Assembly (NCBI GenBank): GCA_001642005.1
Contig: LWCA01000209.1
Coordinates: 1 to 40,036, forward strand
Direction of reading: 5' to 3'
Origin: Intoshia linei
Taxonomy: Eukaryota; Animalia; Orthonectida
Length of the DNA stretch: 40,036 nucleotides
Under the pieces are notes generated by a model, which was not told the origin of the DNA, ran no database searches, and was given only the letters and a program-made list of their open reading frames with translations. A program made the position numbers and the translations under genes. Numbering within the stretch: position 1 is the first letter of the stretch; each line of letters begins with the position of its first letter. Below are positions 1 through 10,978 of the stretch, piece by piece.

Positions 1-102
1 TTAATTTATATTTTTGGTCACTTTTTCGAAGAGAAATTTATTTATATTAGTATGCATTTGTTATATATCTTAAAAAGTGGTCACTTTTCGAGTGTCTACT
101 GT
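1..102 (-). mobile_element. Terminus of a pogo/Tigger-type non-autonomous element
   Basis: Reverse strand reads TA|CAGTAGACACTCG; GGTCACTTTT occurs twice internally. Confidence 0.4.
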
Positions 103-182
103 AGTTGTAAATTATGATTTAAAAAAATACAATTTAACAAAACTAATGTCAATACATTAATATAATTTAAATTATAAAATAG

Positions 183-320
183 ATGTCAGAATTAGAAAAT
201 TATCGGAAAACTTCACAAAAAATAAACTTACTAATACAGAATGCTGGAATGGTTACTGGAGCAATTATTATGTATTTAATAACAATATTAGAAGACCACC
301 TCCAAACATATTCAAATTAA
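183..320 (+). CDS. Last exon of a LIV-1-subfamily ZIP zinc transporter (SLC39A6/10-like); rest of gene upstream of window
   Basis: AG acceptor at 181-182, then MSELENYRKTSQKINLLIQNAGMVTGAIIMYLITILEDHLQTYSN*. This matches the last TM helix of ZIP6/ZIP10 (LQNAGMLLGFGIMLLISIFEHKI). AATAAA follows near 332. Confidence 0.8.
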   Translation: MSELENYRKTSQKINLLIQNAGMVTGAIIMYLITILEDHLQTYSN

Positions 321-388
321 TATTTTTATAAAATAAACCTTTATAAAATTCATTAAAAAAATATATAATTGATAAATTTTTACAAGAT

Positions 389-3300
389 TTACATATAAAA
401 TTGTCGTCGATGTGAATGTAATTTTCTTCGCTAAAATTTGTTATATTAATAAAATTTGAAATATATACTTTATAAATCCATTCAAATTCTTCATTGCTAT
501 CTAATGATCCTTTTTGAATAGCTCTCAGTTGCATTGTAAAACTAGGCCCCAATTCATGAAGTCCGACTTTTTCATTTTTTCGAAATTCGTATCTATAATA
601 AAGTTAATTAAAATATGTTAAAAGTTAAAATAATAATATCTAAAATTTTACGATTTTATGACGGATTGACAAAATTATTATTTACCAAAAAAATAATAAC
701 TGTCGGAACAATGAGAAACAGACATATCTTTACTTATATAAGTATTACAATAGTAACAATTACTCTAATTGCTATAACCACATTTAGATAAAGAAAGTTA
801 TTATTCAATTAAATAACGTATTTAAAATAAAATTTAGGATTGTTATTTTAAATCGCTTTCCGTATACTTTTAAGTTCTTACTGTAATGAATATATCAAGA
901 TATATTTATTTTATTTTGTAACGATAATTTAAAATTCGTTTTACTTTAAATATTAAATTTATATTGTTCCAATATTTCATATCTAACTTTACACTTACTA
1001 CAATATATAATTACAATAACATATCAGAATTTATTTATACGATTAACAGTTAACCTTGACACATTAACATTTTGAGTTTGTAATTTTCTAGAGATTTCAG
1101 CGCAGCTAGAATTTCTATTTTCTACAGATGTTCTGAGTATAACTCGGTCTGTTCTTTGATTCGTAGATTTTTTTTTACCATACCTTTTTCTATATAAATT
1201 ACTACTTTGTTGAGATTTCGACATATTTTTTTTAATAATGGATACAGCTGACTGAGACACACCACATATGTCTGCAATTTTGCGTTGACTGTAATCAGAT
1301 TTTTCTAGCAATGAGATTATATGATTTTTTGTTTGGGAATAAATATCTTTACTTTTGCTCATTTTAAATTATCAAATTTTGAATTTTAAAATTAAATTTC
1401 TGAAAGGGCGATGTTAAGAATTATAATTTAACAAATATATGTAACTAGCAGGTCGATAAATCGTATTATTATAAGATTTCTTCATTATGATACATATTTC
1501 TTAAATACGCAATTTTTCGCGTATACACTTAAATCCATCCTTACTACGTGCACATTAATTTTGAAAACATAACGATATTTTTAATCGATGTAATACTTAA
1601 CGGTAGTATTTATTTAGGTTATAATATACAAAATATATGACGATAAATACAAAATTTTTAGAATTATTATAATCTATTAGACAACACTGTATGTAACAAA
1701 ACCAAAATACAAAAAAAAATACTTATATGAACTCACCACAAATAATAATCCAAATTTAAAGGATACAATTTGTTTAAAATATGAATATATATTATATACA
1801 GTAGGCTGACCATATTTTTGTCGTACTAAAAGTAGTACTTATATTGCTTAGAAAAAAAATATGTTTTTGATTAGAAAAATGAACATGTAACTTGAAAAAG
1901 GACTTGACGCTTTTGTATAAATAAAAGACTTGGAACATACACTAGAAAATCCTGCTGACAGTCCTGATGTATCAAAATATATATATGCATCCTTCTTTAT
2001 TATTTATCTCATTTGAGAATAAAGAAAGATGCTAATGTTGATTTAGCTGCATACAAGACAAGAACAATTGAAAGAGTGAAGAAAATCTTAAGAGTAAGTA
2101 ACGTAATGTACCAGGTGTTCCCTTCTTTTTTGATTTTCTGAAATAACGTGAACACTATTCCTTAGTGTGATGCAGGTTTACTAAGTGTTCCTTCCTGTGT
2201 TACTATACTAAACTTCCGTGAACACTATTCCAGCGTTGATCTTTGTCAGATTGATGCGAGTTTTATGATTTTCTCATACCGAAAATTTATTTGATTATTT
2301 TACTTTATTATTATTGCTTACTTACCGCTTGATAAGGTTGACACATTGAATTCAGGTGACCTATCGTTATCGATAATAGCCTCAAACCAGGAATACTCTA
2401 ACTGCAATATATGACTTGTTCCTTGGACACGCTAACCTGACTCTCCCGATAAAATCTCTCAGATGGGCGACTGTTTGTACAAGAGGTAAAGACATAATTA
2501 CCTTGAACTTGTGGACCGACTATATTGCAATGTACGATGTAAGCAAACATGTTCGAATCATTTCAATGATGTTCACTGACAGCATGACTCCTGAACTGTA
2601 ATCGATGTTTAGCCTTGATGACAAAAATTATAAATCGACTGGATTAGTCTGGTATCACAGAGCTCTCAATTTGGTTCCCAAATCAGCGTACTCAGCGATT
2701 GCTTGCCCCAATGGCTACATGTACTTGGCAACTAGACTCTATTTCAAAGGCATTCAAACGTTGGGAGGAACATGGTTAGGAGACACTTCCTACTATCAAA
2801 TGATACTTCCAGCGGTGAGAACATCAATTTTGGAGACCTCCAGTCTGGACAATGAAACCTTAAACCTGAATGCGGAAAGTATGGAAAAATTTAAAGAGCT
2901 GGCTATAGACATGCAGCTTCCCACAGATAAGTTTTTCACTCAAATTGGATTGAGAATATCTCTTCATTCAACATCTCACTTCTTCGCAGCAGAAGATCTT
3001 GCATGTCAAAAAGGAACTCCAAAGAGGGATATCTTGGAGAATTCCTTCATATAATCGCATTCGACACAGCTATGATAAATTCTAAGAGCTCTCTGGAAAT
3101 CTTCGAGGGTGGGAACGAGGAAGCAACGAAAAAAACAATGCGCAAAATGCATTTATATATTATTTATAATTGGCAATAAACTAGAAATATTTGTAAAGTC
3201 TTGAAAAATATTATAAATCTTTAATTAAAAATTAAAGATTACTACATCTTTGTAATCTTTCAAGGACGTTTAGAATAGTAAATAAAGAAAAATGTAAAAC

Positions 3301-6300
3301 ATAACTTTGTTATACACATGTTAGTACATTCCGTCCAATAATTATAACAACACTATCATTTTGTTAATAACAATTATATTTGTAGATCAAAATTTATGAA
3401 AATTGGCATGTTGGACAAGCACAATGTAAGGTTGTCATATTAAAAAAAATAATTGAAAAAAAAAACAAAATTAACTAAAGTAACTATTGTCAATACATGC
3501 GATGAATTACATCGGAAAATTTATATAGCAACATTGCGTGATAAAATTCACTGGTGTTTAAAATCAAATTTGGCAATACTGTTTTCACAATTTCTACAAA
3601 ATTATCGTTGGATTAATACAATGGACATTAGCAATATAACAACATCATCGGTAAACGAATCAAACCATATGCAAGTATTGGTGCTTTTGCGCAAAATGTG
3701 GTCGAGCGAATCTCGGGAAATTTCAATGAGGAGATACGTTACCACTGTGCTAAATTAGCACATGGAACGAAAAAATTCGAGGCTATTAAATCCCTCATTT
3801 TAGGAAAGTCTTCGGTAATTACTCAATTAGACGAGAATTATACAAAATTCCGTCAATTGAGGGTGGATCTTACAAATCCACAAAATTCTTTAGATAAGAT
3901 GGAGTATTATTTACAACTCTTCTCAAAAAGCGAGGATAATGTGAATATATCCTCGTTAGTCGACCAAGAATTATTATGGCGGCTACCTGTAGACATCAGG
4001 TAAAAATGTCGAGTCACGTCCGGTAAAATTATCGACAACGTGAAAATTTTAGCGAGATTGTTCGGAAAAACGTAAGGTCTAATCCACCTGTTGTGGAAGT
4101 TAGACGTTACGGTACTCCGGTTCTACAGCGTTTGGGCGCTGATGCTTATAGACAACTATCCTGTTTCAGATGGAACAAAAAAAAACATACCGCCCGGAAC
4201 TGTAGACGAAACAATTCATGATCGTTCCTTTTTTTCGATGGGTAAATGTAGCGATACCATCGGTAACCAAATATATCGCTAATCGTGTAGCTATGGGAAT
4301 TTCCAGAAGATGAAATGATAAGAAGATAACTTATTTGTATTTTAAAATATCCAAGAACTGGATCAAAGGCTTAAATCTTATCTCGAGTTGATTGATAGTA
4401 AAAATGAAATAATAAACGATGGGTTGATACATGAAAAAGCTAAAAAATTTGCAGAGGAGCTTAATATAAAAGACTTTAAAAATTCAAAAGATGGTTACAA
4501 AAGTTTAAGAAAAGACAACTATAAATTAAAAAAATTATTTGGTGAAACATGTGAATCCGAAAAGGTTGATACTTTTTTTTTTACAGGGACCTTCCAAGAG
4601 AAATTAAAAAATACCAATTAAGAGATATTTATAACATGGATAAAACTGAATTGTTCTATAAATTAATCCCATTACGAACAGTCACAAAAAATGTTAGAAA
4701 AGGGCATAAGCTAATTAAAGACAGTATCTATTGCTCTTTGTTCAAATTTTGATGAAACACATAAACTAAAACCTTTGATTATTGGTAAATTCGAAAAACC
4801 AAGATGCTTTAGAAATTTTGATCACAAAAAATGTTTTTTATGATAAATCCGATCGCGCTTGGATGACATCCAAACTTTATAAACAATGGCTGATTAAGTT
4901 TAATTCTGAACTAAAAAAATCAAAAAGAAAAATATTATTGTTGATGGATAATTGTCCAGCCCACGCTAGTGGAGACTTGATACTTTCTAACATAGAAGTC
5001 ATGTATATTCCCAAAAACACTACAGGTATTCTTCAGCCTATGGACAGAGGAATAATCAAAACATTTAAAGTTTTATTCAACAATTATAAAATGTCGAGTA
5101 TTTTGCAAGAAATTGAAAATGGAAAGGCCGTATTTGATGCATATAAAAAAATCAACTTAAAAGATGTGATTATATTTACAGATCTTGCTTGGTCAAATAT
5201 AAAAGAAACTACAATATATTGTTTTAAACATCTTATTAAAGATGAAGTAGAAGTGGAAAAATCTGATACAGAATGTTTAAAATTAATCAAGTTTGTTAAA
5301 GAAGCAGCCATTCCAGATCCAATAAGCATAGAAGATTTTTTAAAAATAGATTATGATGAAAATGAGGCTATACTTTCGGAAATAGTAGAAAGCCCAAAGG
5401 ACACAGTTGATCAACTTAAGACAATAAAAGAGGAAAGTATTCCAGAAAAAGTTAGTGAAGAATTTTTAATGGCTATTTGATACAACTGATCCTTATTATG
5501 AATTGAATAAGAACATAGAAAAATTTATTTATAATAAGAGAAATTTAAAAAAGAAAAAAAAAGTGATAGATGCATTTTTTAAAAAAAAAAACAATAAAAA
5601 TTATATCTTTATATTCTTAAAATTTTGATCATTAGGATTCTCAAATTCGCTTCTGATTTTCGATTTCCCGACATCGGCGAATTTGAGAATATTCACTGTA
5701 ATTATATTGTATAAAAGTGTTAAAACCTTAGTAACATCATTGGAAAAAGCAAATCTGAGAACAATGGCTCTGAAAAGAGTACCAGTTGAACAATTTTTTG
5801 GAAGGCTTAAAAAATCTTTCATAATCTTGTCACTGGACTACTCATATGATAGAGTACACTTCGATATAGATTTTGACATATGTGTATTATTGACAAATGA
5901 ACTAATTTCAAGAAATCATCTAAATGAAAACAAAATATATGAAATAAAATAAATTTATTTTCAAAGGTAACGTGAAAGTGAAAAAGCGTTAAAAAGAAAG
6001 CAGTGCATCGATCAGTATCGGGAAAGTTCCTCTTTGACAATGGAATTAGACAGTTCCCTTTTAAGTCAATATAGTGAATATAATTAAATCATTAGTAATA
6101 ATTTATTTATTAATTATTTTTGTGTCTTGTCCAAAACGATGATTGTTTCTTTGCTGGGTAATTTATTTTTTATATTTTAAATGTATTATTTTAGTTTTTT
6201 TCTGTTGCATGCTGCCTTTGATTGATTCACATACTTAAAACAATAATCTTTTTATAATTTGTTAAAAAATTTACATAATTTTAATCAATTTATTTACATT

Positions 6301-8166
6301 TGTTAATAAAATTTCACAGCTGTTATTTCATATTTTTTTAAATTTATCAATCGAGTTGATGTTCCATTTCAACGTTGGCTTCTATCATTTATTTCTCTAT
6401 CGTCTCATTCTTATTTATATTCATTTTATTAATCATTGATACAGTCCGACACCGTGTTGGGATAAATTTTTACTTTACGAATGCCAAAATTTAATGTCTA
6501 TAATGGGCTTGGTGCCTTTGTATGTAAAATGTTATTAATGTGGAAAATTACAAATCCAATACTCAGTCAAATACGATCGTATTAGAAAATAAAATGTTGA
6601 GTGAACAGTTATCAGAACTTAACTCGTATAATTATGTAACTGTATTCATTTGAAAGATGATGAACAATATAGCGATAATTACAATAATTAATTGATAAGG
6701 ATGGTGTGAAATTTTGTTTACAGCATTACAAAATCTACAAAACAAAAGTTAGATTTTCTACGTGAATTTATTTTTTTGGTATAATAAAAATGGCCCTCAA
6801 GAGAGCTAGGTGCTGTTTGTGCGTAATACAGAACAGTCAATCTGTTTAAATACAATATAATTCACTTTTATAAACATTGTGGCCCGCGTGATTCAAAATT
6901 TTTTGGAATCTGGTCCGCAAGTTAATTAAGCTGACAACCAATAACTAAACCTATTATCCTAAACTAAATCTCTTAACAATCTGGGAAGGAGGTGTAGCGT
7001 TGTATAATCTTATCTTATATCCCTAATTATAATATTTTAAACTTTAGAGAAACACTACAAAACAATGATAAAACATACCGATGGTGTCTGAAAAATATGT
7101 AGTCCCTTTGTGTGTGAAAAGTTATAACTCGACGGCCATCAAAATCGGGCTTTGGTGGAAATAACAAGGAAAAGGTTTTTCCAATTGTTTGACCTACCTT
7201 AGTTGAAAAGTTATTCAAAATAAGTTCCGGGTAATGATTAGACAATTCACCATTCTTCTAAAAGTTAAATATTATGTAAAATCCTAATTAAAATTTGATT
7301 AATCGTGGAAATATTTTTTGATGTTGTGAATTTATTTTTTCTTGAAAAAGTTGTCAATTTTCATATACATTAGTTTAATATCTCAAAAATTAATTTAAAA
7401 ATTATGTAAATAAAATGGTATGATCTATCCATCGACATTAAACAATTCCGCCAAGTTCATTGTTTAATTAATACCATCATAATAAGTGTTTATATCCATA
7501 AAAATGAGTACAATAGCGTTATCCGTAAAAAATACTTGTACAGTAATTGGTTTTAAAATGAAGTTACCTTGTTTTCATATCTAGTAATGACATTTGATAG
7601 TTTGAAACATATTGTAGGACCATGAGGTAATTGAATGATAGTTAAACAGTCTGGAAGACCATTATCTGCAATTAACATGATGCTGGTGAAATCATTTTTT
7701 ATGGCAGCTTTAATCATTACTTTCATTGTAAATTTTCTACGGTTAATGAATTTGGTATTTGGGAAAACTTTGGATAGATCGACACAAAAACGTTTCAATT
7801 TCTATATAAAAAGTATTTCGCTATTAAATTGAAAAATTCAAATCATATTTACCTTGGAAGGGCCAATGGTCGTAGTAAGCATAATTTTTGAAGATTTGGA
7901 TAAAATATTGCCAATTTTATTATTTTCAATTTCTTGCTCAATTAAATCCTAATTAATTTAATTTTATAAATTTAAAATTTACAAACCTCCTCATCGCCCA
8001 TTGGAACATCTTCATTTTCTTCTCGGCAACTTTCGATTGTTTTTGTAATACCTTTCTCCTAGAATAATTTATTAATCGAATTTTGAATATCAATGCATTC
8101 ACAATTTCAACTCAGTATTTGTACCTTTTTTTCTTCCTTCTTAACTTTTTTCCTAACTCGAACCAT
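389..8166 (-). CDS. RPF1: Ribosome production factor 1 (Brix domain), 262 aa, 7 exons: 8166-8125, 8058-7987, 7948-7853, 7801-7568, 7257-7079, 592-469, 430-389
   Basis: Spliced frame is open and all introns are GT-AG. Brix motifs [60 protein letters not shown], and C-terminal RRQFYM*. Intron 5 (593-7078) is about 6.5 kb. Confidence 0.93.
1024..1691 (-). mobile_element. 5' fragment of a Tc1-like transposon (TIR plus N-terminal paired-like HTH)
   Basis: ORF 1362-1024 ([17 protein letters not shown] ... [14 protein letters not shown] ... VSRLTVNR) is a typical Tc1 DNA-binding region. Minus strand has TA|CAGTG at 1691-1685. Confidence 0.8.
1890..3170 (+). pseudogene. Endogenous viral element: decayed rhabdovirus-like nucleoprotein (N)
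   Basis: GC-richer island with collinear N motifs: [14 protein letters not shown] (2049-2090), [20 protein letters not shown] (2401-2493), [21 protein letters not shown] (2650-2712), and after a frameshift [16 protein letters not shown]. Contains an in-frame TAA (2599), several frameshifts, and an insertion at ~2094-2325/2336. Confidence 0.85.
2094..2336. mobile_element. Short insertion interrupting the viral N relic
   Basis: Non-coding. Has 8-bp inverted ends GTAAGTAA (2094) / TTACTTAC (2318-2325) and a 15-bp direct repeat CGTGAACACTATTCC at 2147 and 2217. N-like coding resumes at 2325-2337. Confidence 0.55.
3630..4310 (+). mobile_element. Decayed LTR-retrotransposon gag with zinc knuckle, followed by a possible PPT/LTR start
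   Basis: ORFs 3698-4003 continue through stops ([10 protein letters not shown]). A shifted frame gives [14 protein letters not shown] at 4162-4203, a CX2CX4HX4C knuckle with the second C mutated to W. After the stop come purine-rich GATGGGTAAA and TGTAGCG at 4247. Confidence 0.7.
4345..5560 (+). mobile_element. Tigger/pogo (CENP-B-like, DDE_1) transposase pseudogene
   Basis: Frameshifted pieces [74 protein letters not shown]. Confidence 0.92.
5600..6010 (+). mobile_element. PIF/Harbinger-type (DDE_Tnp_4) transposase C-terminal fragment
   Basis: ORF 5683-5952 contains [17 protein letters not shown], the R-x-x-V-E-x-x-F-G-x-L-K motif. Confidence 0.7.
6745..6940. repeat. Fragment of the hAT-MITE family also seen at 16128-16230 (inverted) and 28503-28550
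   Basis: Shared core AGAGCTAGGTGCTGTTTGT...AACAGTCA; GGCCCGC/GGTCCGC subterminal motifs. Confidence 0.6.
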
Positions 8167-8306
8167 TTTGGTTTATAAAATAATAATGACAATAAAGTTA
8201 TATTTTAATGAAACAAGTATATTACAATAAAGTTAACTATACGATTAAATAAAATATCGTATATCGGTAACTAGCATAATATAATTATTTTATTTATAAA
8301 TTTAAC
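8167..8306. promoter_or_regulatory. Bidirectional promoter region between RPF1 and SNRPA1
   Basis: Only 140 bp separate the two ATGs; the 12-mer ACAATAAAGTTA occurs at 8189 and 8224. Confidence 0.6.
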
Positions 8307-10978
8307 ATGGTACAACTTACAAATTCTACAATATTAAATGCATTTCAGCATACAAACGCTGTATATGACAGAGAGTTAGTTTTACGAGGTATTGTGATTT
8401 ATATTATTTCAGTTCAACTATTTGTATAGGATATAATTTTGTACTTATTGAAAATTTGGGTGCCACTTTGGTAAGAGTAAGTGTTTTCTTAATTAGTTTT
8501 TTTTAGGATCAATTTGATAGTATTGATTTTTCTGACAATGATATTAGAAGTTTGGACGGATTTCCTTTGCTTTATAGACTTAAATCTCTTTATTTCTCAA
8601 ATAACAGAATTATGTAAGTTTTTGTTTGAACAGAAATATTAATTGTACAATTACTCTAAATTGTGCCTAGGTATAATATTTTGTACAATGATTAAAGTAA
8701 TTTGATTGTGAACTATTGGTTCCTAAGCTGTCCATTAGTTTTATTTTTAAAGGTTTTGAACCGTGTGTAAATTTGTATTATTTCTTTGTAAATTAATTAT
8801 AATTTATTAGACGCGTGGTTAAAGGAATAGAAGAAAGTCTACCAAATTTAACAGACTTGATACTTACAAACAACCTTATTGATACATTTACCGATGTCGA
8901 TCAATTGGCAAATTTAAAAAAACTTAGAACATTGAGGTTACTTTTGAAATTAATATATTCATTTTTTTTCAAATTTAGTCTGATTCGAAATCCTATTAAT
9001 AATCACAGATATTATCGAAAATATGTCATTTACAAATTACGTCATTTAAAAATTTTAGATTTTCAAAAAATTAGTGCGGCGGTATGTTTTTATTTTTAGT
9101 AACCTTTGTTTTAATCATATATTTTTAAACATTTGACTTACATTGTATTCACTTACTTAAATGTTTACTCATGTTTTTTACAAAAATTTTAGGAAAGAAA
9201 AGAAGCTGATGGTCTTTTTAATGAGAATGGTGGTAGTTTAGCCAAATCAGAAAAAGATAAATATTACATGAAAACAACTATAGAATCACAACAACTACTG
9301 GATGTTATGGATAACAAACGAATTTCAAATATTCGGGTAATTATGAATCATAACTAGGGCAAATTTTGATATGTTCATATGCATCAAATTACAATCACAA
9401 TGATAATAATTTTACGTGTATTAATTGGCTAATTAAAATTTAATTAAGTTAAAATAATATTTTCAAAAGTTAAATTATATTTTCAAACATTAATTTTGTT
9501 TTATACAATTTTTTTTATAAATGCCAAAATATGCGAAATCTAAATATGAAAAAATTTACAATATTACAAAACTTTATCCTAGTGAATTTACTAAGAATGA
9601 CGACAATTTATTTTGTATGAAATGTTGCAATGTTACTTATACAAAATTAAATTTTGTTTAATTACATCGCAAATTAGCAAAAAATAAGAGTTATATGCAT
9701 ATTCTCAGTATTGGAAGTTTAATTAAAACATCGAATGACTTTGCAACAGAAATGGCGGAAGCAATTCTATCTGCGGATGTACCTCTAAAAAGTTAAATAA
9801 CGGCGAGTTAAGAACAATATTTAAAAAAAGGGAATAATTTTGCCATTTGAAAGCAATTGCAGAAATAAAATTAATTCTTTGTATTTGAAAGAAATGGAGT
9901 TAAATAAAAAATTATTGTATTAATAAATTAATCTTTATCATTATGGAAAAAACTGATTTAAATGGATATAAGTACATTAATACTATGATCGGAACTTTAG
10001 AAACACCTCAGAATTTAATATTATATGATTGTAAAAATATTACAAGTAATATGAACGGATAAATGGTCATTCATACTATTGATGATACAATTAAAAATAA
10101 TTAAACAAAAGAAAGAAACTTTTTAAAAGATAATATTAAAAAATATTTGATTTTGTACTACAACAAATAATACACTTTTTATACATCTTTATTAAGACTT
10201 AAATTAGAGATCGGAAACCTTTTGCATCTAATGAACCACTTTTCTATTTTTTACACGTGTATTAGAAATAATGGATATGACTAACGGGTACTAAATTTAA
10301 AAAAGGTTATGAAACCCTGAATTTTATGTTTACGGACATAAGACAACGCTGCTTGTTCTACAATAACTATCTAATAATGGCAATACAATTACGTTTTAAA
10401 ATTTATATAACGGTGCTACAACCGACAAGGCCTCAGAAATATTATTATTATGGCGAATAAGAAATTTCATCACTGTTTAGAAAAACATTTAACAAAAAAA
10501 CAACACTATGGGAATTTTTTTTCCAAAAGTTAATAAAGTTAAATAAATTTGATTTGTAAGTTAAATTTTTTTGCTTTTATAGGTTTAAAAAAAAATCGCT
10601 CTAATCATAACTAATAAGTATTCTATTTTCATCAGGGATCTTAAATAATTTTAATCGCGTTTTACAAAATTACACCAAAAATTATAAATTATTATTTATA
10701 ATTTACGGGAGGGGAGCACAAGATCCTTTGATAACATGCGAAACGACACTACTGGTCATACCCAGCTGATATTCGATAACTGGATCCAATTTTTATTGAT
10801 ATATCCGTAATCAATCTAAACATTTAAGGTTCTCGAAAATATAGTCAGTGGACTATATTTATATATATTTATATTTATAAACATAATTTATTTTTATTAT
10901 TAGAATGCTATATCGAACACCAAAAGTATTCAAGAAATTGATCAATTGAATGCTAAACTGAGTGCTGGGACCTATTGA
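8307..10978 (+). CDS. SNRPA1: U2 snRNP protein A', 225 aa, 7 exons: 8307-8388, 8430-8470, 8507-8613, 8811-8936, 8979-9081, 9193-9336, 10904-10978
   Basis: MVQLT..TNAVYDRELVLRGY..IENLGATLDQFDSIDFSDNDIRSLDGFPLLYRLKSL..LILTNN..YRKYVIYKL..LDFQK; C-terminal NAISNTKSIQEIDQL. GT-AG introns, open frame. Confidence 0.95.
9355..10603 (+). mobile_element. hAT-class element with decayed CGGBP1-like transposase fragment, in the last SNRPA1 intron
   Basis: Perfect 8-bp TSD ATCATAAC (9347-9354, 10604-10611); imperfect TIR TAGGGCAAATTTT / AAAATCGCTCTA; frameshifted AILSADVPL.KLNN..LPFESNCR..YINTMIGTLETP..IDDTI at ~9730-10100. Confidence 0.75.

Noticed and set aside
268-552. 94-aa ORF as a standalone gene
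   Set aside because: It is RPF1 exon 6 reading through into intron and UTR.
2147-2231. Spaced 15-bp direct repeats next to viral sequence as a CRISPR-like array
   Set aside because: Only two copies, eukaryotic context, no cas genes; typical of LTR or MITE interiors.
2599-2601. In-frame TAA in the N relic and gag suggesting readthrough or an alternative genetic code
   Set aside because: Host genes have no internal stops and end in TAA/TGA; the relics also carry frameshifts, so this is decay.
3128-3135. GAAAAAAA near the end of the viral relic, resembling the rhabdovirus transcription stop signal
   Set aside because: It lies within the still-open shifted N frame, lacks the preceding T of TGA7, and A-runs are common here.
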